Assembly: GCA_963725145.1 (NCBI GenBank)
Contig: CAVRXL010000010.1
Location: 986,693-1,050,692 of the forward strand
Source of the DNA: an uncultured Acidobacteriota bacterium
GTDB lineage: Bacteria; Acidobacteriota; Vicinamibacteria; Vicinamibacterales; 2-12-FULL-66-21
Direction: 5' to 3'
DNA length: 64,000 nt
The position numbers and the translations under genes are program-made. The notes beneath the pieces are model-generated. The model saw nothing but the letters and a program-made list of their open reading frames with translations. It was not told where the DNA came from and made no database searches. Within the stretch, counting starts at the first letter, position 1; every line of letters begins with the position of its first letter. This document shows, piece after piece, positions 62,460 through 64,000 of this stretch.

Positions 62460-63956
62460 GTGCTGTTTGCGTGGCTCAGTCACACCAGGACCGACCCGGA
62501 TCTCTGGGGTCACGTGCGGTTCGGCCAGGACATCGTCTCCACCCGCGCCATCGCCGCGGTCGACAGCTACTCCTTCACGTCCGATCGACCGTGGATCAAC
62601 CACGAGTGGCTGTCCGAATGCCTCATGTACGCGGCCTATGCCGCGGGTGGGCCTGCCGGCCTGGTGGCGCTCAAGGTGCTGCTGCTGGTTGCCGTACTCG
62701 GTGCGGTCTTCGTGGCCCTCGGCAGACAGTCGGTCACAGGAGCGAGCCGGGATCTCCTGCTCGCCGTGGTAGTGCTCGGGACGTTCGGCCAGATCAACCA
62801 CATCCGGCCTCAGGTCTTCTCGCTCGCCGCCTTTTCCTGGCTCCTCGTGCTGCTGACCTCCGCGGCAGGCGGGCGCGCCACGCTGTTTTTGGTACCTGCG
62901 CTGTTTGTCGCCTGGGTCAACATGCACGGCGGCTGGATCGTCGGCGGCGCCACCCTCGCGCTCTGGACGGCGTTCAGTCTGGGCCGCCGTCGCGCCTCCG
63001 GCGCTTTGGCGAGCCCCGCCGAAGCTTCAGCGGAGGCGGGCGCTGCCGTGCCGCGCGCCGTGAAGATACGGCTGACCGTCTGCGGCGCGCTCAGCCTGCT
63101 CGCGACGCTGGTCAATCCGTACGGCTGGAAAATGTGGCTGTTCCTCTGGAACACCGTCGGCTTCAGCCGGGCAGAGATCAGCGAGTGGCAGCCCGTCTTC
63201 CGCCTCGGCCCGGCGGTGCTCATTGTCTGGTCCGTTCTGGCGCTGGCCGCAGTCGCCGCCGCCGCTCGAGCGTTCGCCCATTCCGAACACCCCGTCCGCA
63301 GGGTGGCGGTCGTCCTGTTTCTCGGCCTCGCTTCGTTCCAGGTCAGCCGGCTTCGGGCCTTCTTCGCCATTGCGCTGGTCGTCCTCCTCGGTCGGGAGCT
63401 GGTCCTCGTGCTGGACCGGTTCCGGCGTCGGCGGGACGCTGCCGCTCCGCCGCCAGGACGCGCCGCCCTGGCCGCCGCCGTGACAATCGCGTGCGTGCTC
63501 ATCGCCGGCGGGGGAGCGGCGGTCGCCCGGAACCTGGGCTGCGTGAGGATGGATTCAACCGGCCTGCCGGACGCGCAGGTCCCCGAGTTCGCTGCAGCCC
63601 ACCAGTTGCAGGGTCGGCTCGCGGTGTGGTTCGACTGGGGCGAGTACGCGATCTGGCACCTTGGTCCGGCGCTGTCAGTTTCAGTCGATGGCAGGCGCGA
63701 GACGGTGTACTCAGACGACGTGCTCCGGCGACACCTGATGTTCTACTACGTGCCTTCGACGCGTCAGCAATTCCTCGACGAGGTCCGTCCGGACTACATC
63801 TGGCTGCCATCCCATTTGCCGGTCGTCGAGAGCCTGCGTTCGGACGGGTGGAAAGAGCTGTTTGCCGGGCCGGGCTCGGTGCTGTTGGGCCGCACCGGGG
63901 AGCCACGTGGCTCTTCGCCTATCGGCGCTGCCGGCCGGTGTTTCCCCGGGCCGTAA
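62460..63956 (+). CDS. polytopic membrane protein, possibly GT-C-like glycosyltransferase (speculative)
   Basis: Track ORF of 498 aa with many hydrophobic segments and a soluble C-terminal ~120 aa. The hydrophobic sequence continues in frame upstream of the GTG at 62460 (ASLLLRVALAA), so the start is uncertain. Confidence 0.5.
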   Translation: MLFAWLSHTRTDPDLWGHVRFGQDIVSTRAIAAVDSYSFTSDRPWINHEWLSECLMYAAYAAGGPAGLVALKVLLLVAVLGAVFVALGRQSVTGASRDLLLAVVVLGTFGQINHIRPQVFSLAAFSWLLVLLTSAAGGRATLFLVPALFVAWVNMHGGWIVGGATLALWTAFSLGRRRASGALASPAEASAEAGAAVPRAVKIRLTVCGALSLLATLVNPYGWKMWLFLWNTVGFSRAEISEWQPVFRLGPAVLIVWSVLALAAVAAAARAFAHSEHPVRRVAVVLFLGLASFQVSRLRAFFAIALVVLLGRELVLVLDRFRRRRDAAAPPPGRAALAAAVTIACVLIAGGGAAVARNLGCVRMDSTGLPDAQVPEFAAAHQLQGRLAVWFDWGEYAIWHLGPALSVSVDGRRETVYSDDVLRRHLMFYYVPSTRQQFLDEVRPDYIWLPSHLPVVESLRSDGWKELFAGPGSVLLGRTGEPRGSSPIGAAGRCFPGP

Positions 63957-63971
63957 GCAGCCCTGTTCCAT

Positions 63972-63995
63972 GCAGCCCTAAAGGGCTGCGCTACG
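63972..63995 (+). repeat. REP-like conserved hairpin element, copy 2 (GCAGCCC-taaa-GGGCTGC-GCTACG)
   Basis: It matches the copy at 25167-25190 at 23 of 24 nt. A half copy, agcagccctg, lies at 63956-63965. It sits 16 nt after the stop of the last gene. Confidence 0.7.
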
Positions 63996-64000
63996 TTTTA

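Noticed and set aside
1-64000. Search for mobile-element hallmarks (transposase, integrase, recombinase, tRNA attachment sites, long inverted or direct terminal repeats) and for rRNA/tRNA genes.
   Set aside because: I recognised none by eye in any frame or spacer. No region therefore has positive evidence of being a mobile island, although the heptamer tracts flanking 39.0-44.9 kb are noted as a possible boundary signal.

Overview
GC-rich bacterial chromosomal segment (about two-thirds G+C by eye, not computed). It is most likely Acidobacteriota; this is an inference from an ADOP-type duplicated FtsX permease, three Hanks kinases fused to TPR sensors and a giant FG-GAP/beta-helix surface protein.

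Gene content, left to right:
- 1-13064 (-): one giant modular adhesin-like gene of more than 4,350 codons in the window, running off the left edge. A sialidase-like head is apparently separated from the body by a 1-nt slip inside a PQIS repeat.
- 13.3-19.6 kb (+): two tandem paralogous zinc-ribbon Ser/Thr kinases with conserved promoter and leader.
- 19.6-23.4 kb (-): a secreted metzincin-like protein carrying ten tandem GRGDT (RGD) repeats. Its N-terminal part needs two frame corrections.
- 23.8-34.7 kb: APC permease, panE, a third kinase, a CDO-like cupin + TauE + DUF1634 cluster, a PAP2 protein, an ADOP permease and a GAF/degenerate-DHp protein.
- 34.7-39.0 kb (-): a Tat-less molybdopterin oxidoreductase with a fused FeS-NrfD subunit.
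- 39.0-44.8 kb (-): a translationally coupled SNF2 helicase + PglX/DrmMI-like N6-adenine methyltransferase pair with no other DISARM/BREX genes. This is my best candidate for an undescribed helicase-methylase system.
- 45.0-48.2 kb: a zinc-ribbon/TM/S1-protease gene split by a frameshift, a pseudo-receiver Pro-rich protein and a small membrane protein.
- 48.6-60.2 kb (+): a complete Tad/Flp pilus locus (two flp genes, cpaA, cpaB, cpaC, tadE-like x2, tadG-VWA, cpaE, cpaF, tadB, tadC, DUF192).
- 60.3-64.0 kb (+): an AAA+ ATPase, an ICMT-like methyltransferase and a polytopic membrane protein.

Non-coding structure: four short intergenic spacers are built of degenerate 7-nt-periodic tandem repeats, and two of these bracket the helicase-methylase pair. 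There is also a conserved REP-like hairpin (two copies) and several strong operon-internal hairpins.

I recognised no rRNA, tRNA, CRISPR array, transposase or integrase. Many long ORFs in the track are antisense or off-frame shadows typical of high-GC DNA. At least four frame disruptions in three genes suggest either a draft assembly with indel errors or real pseudogenisation, and I cannot distinguish these from sequence alone. All domain calls come from motif recognition by eye; no database search was run.
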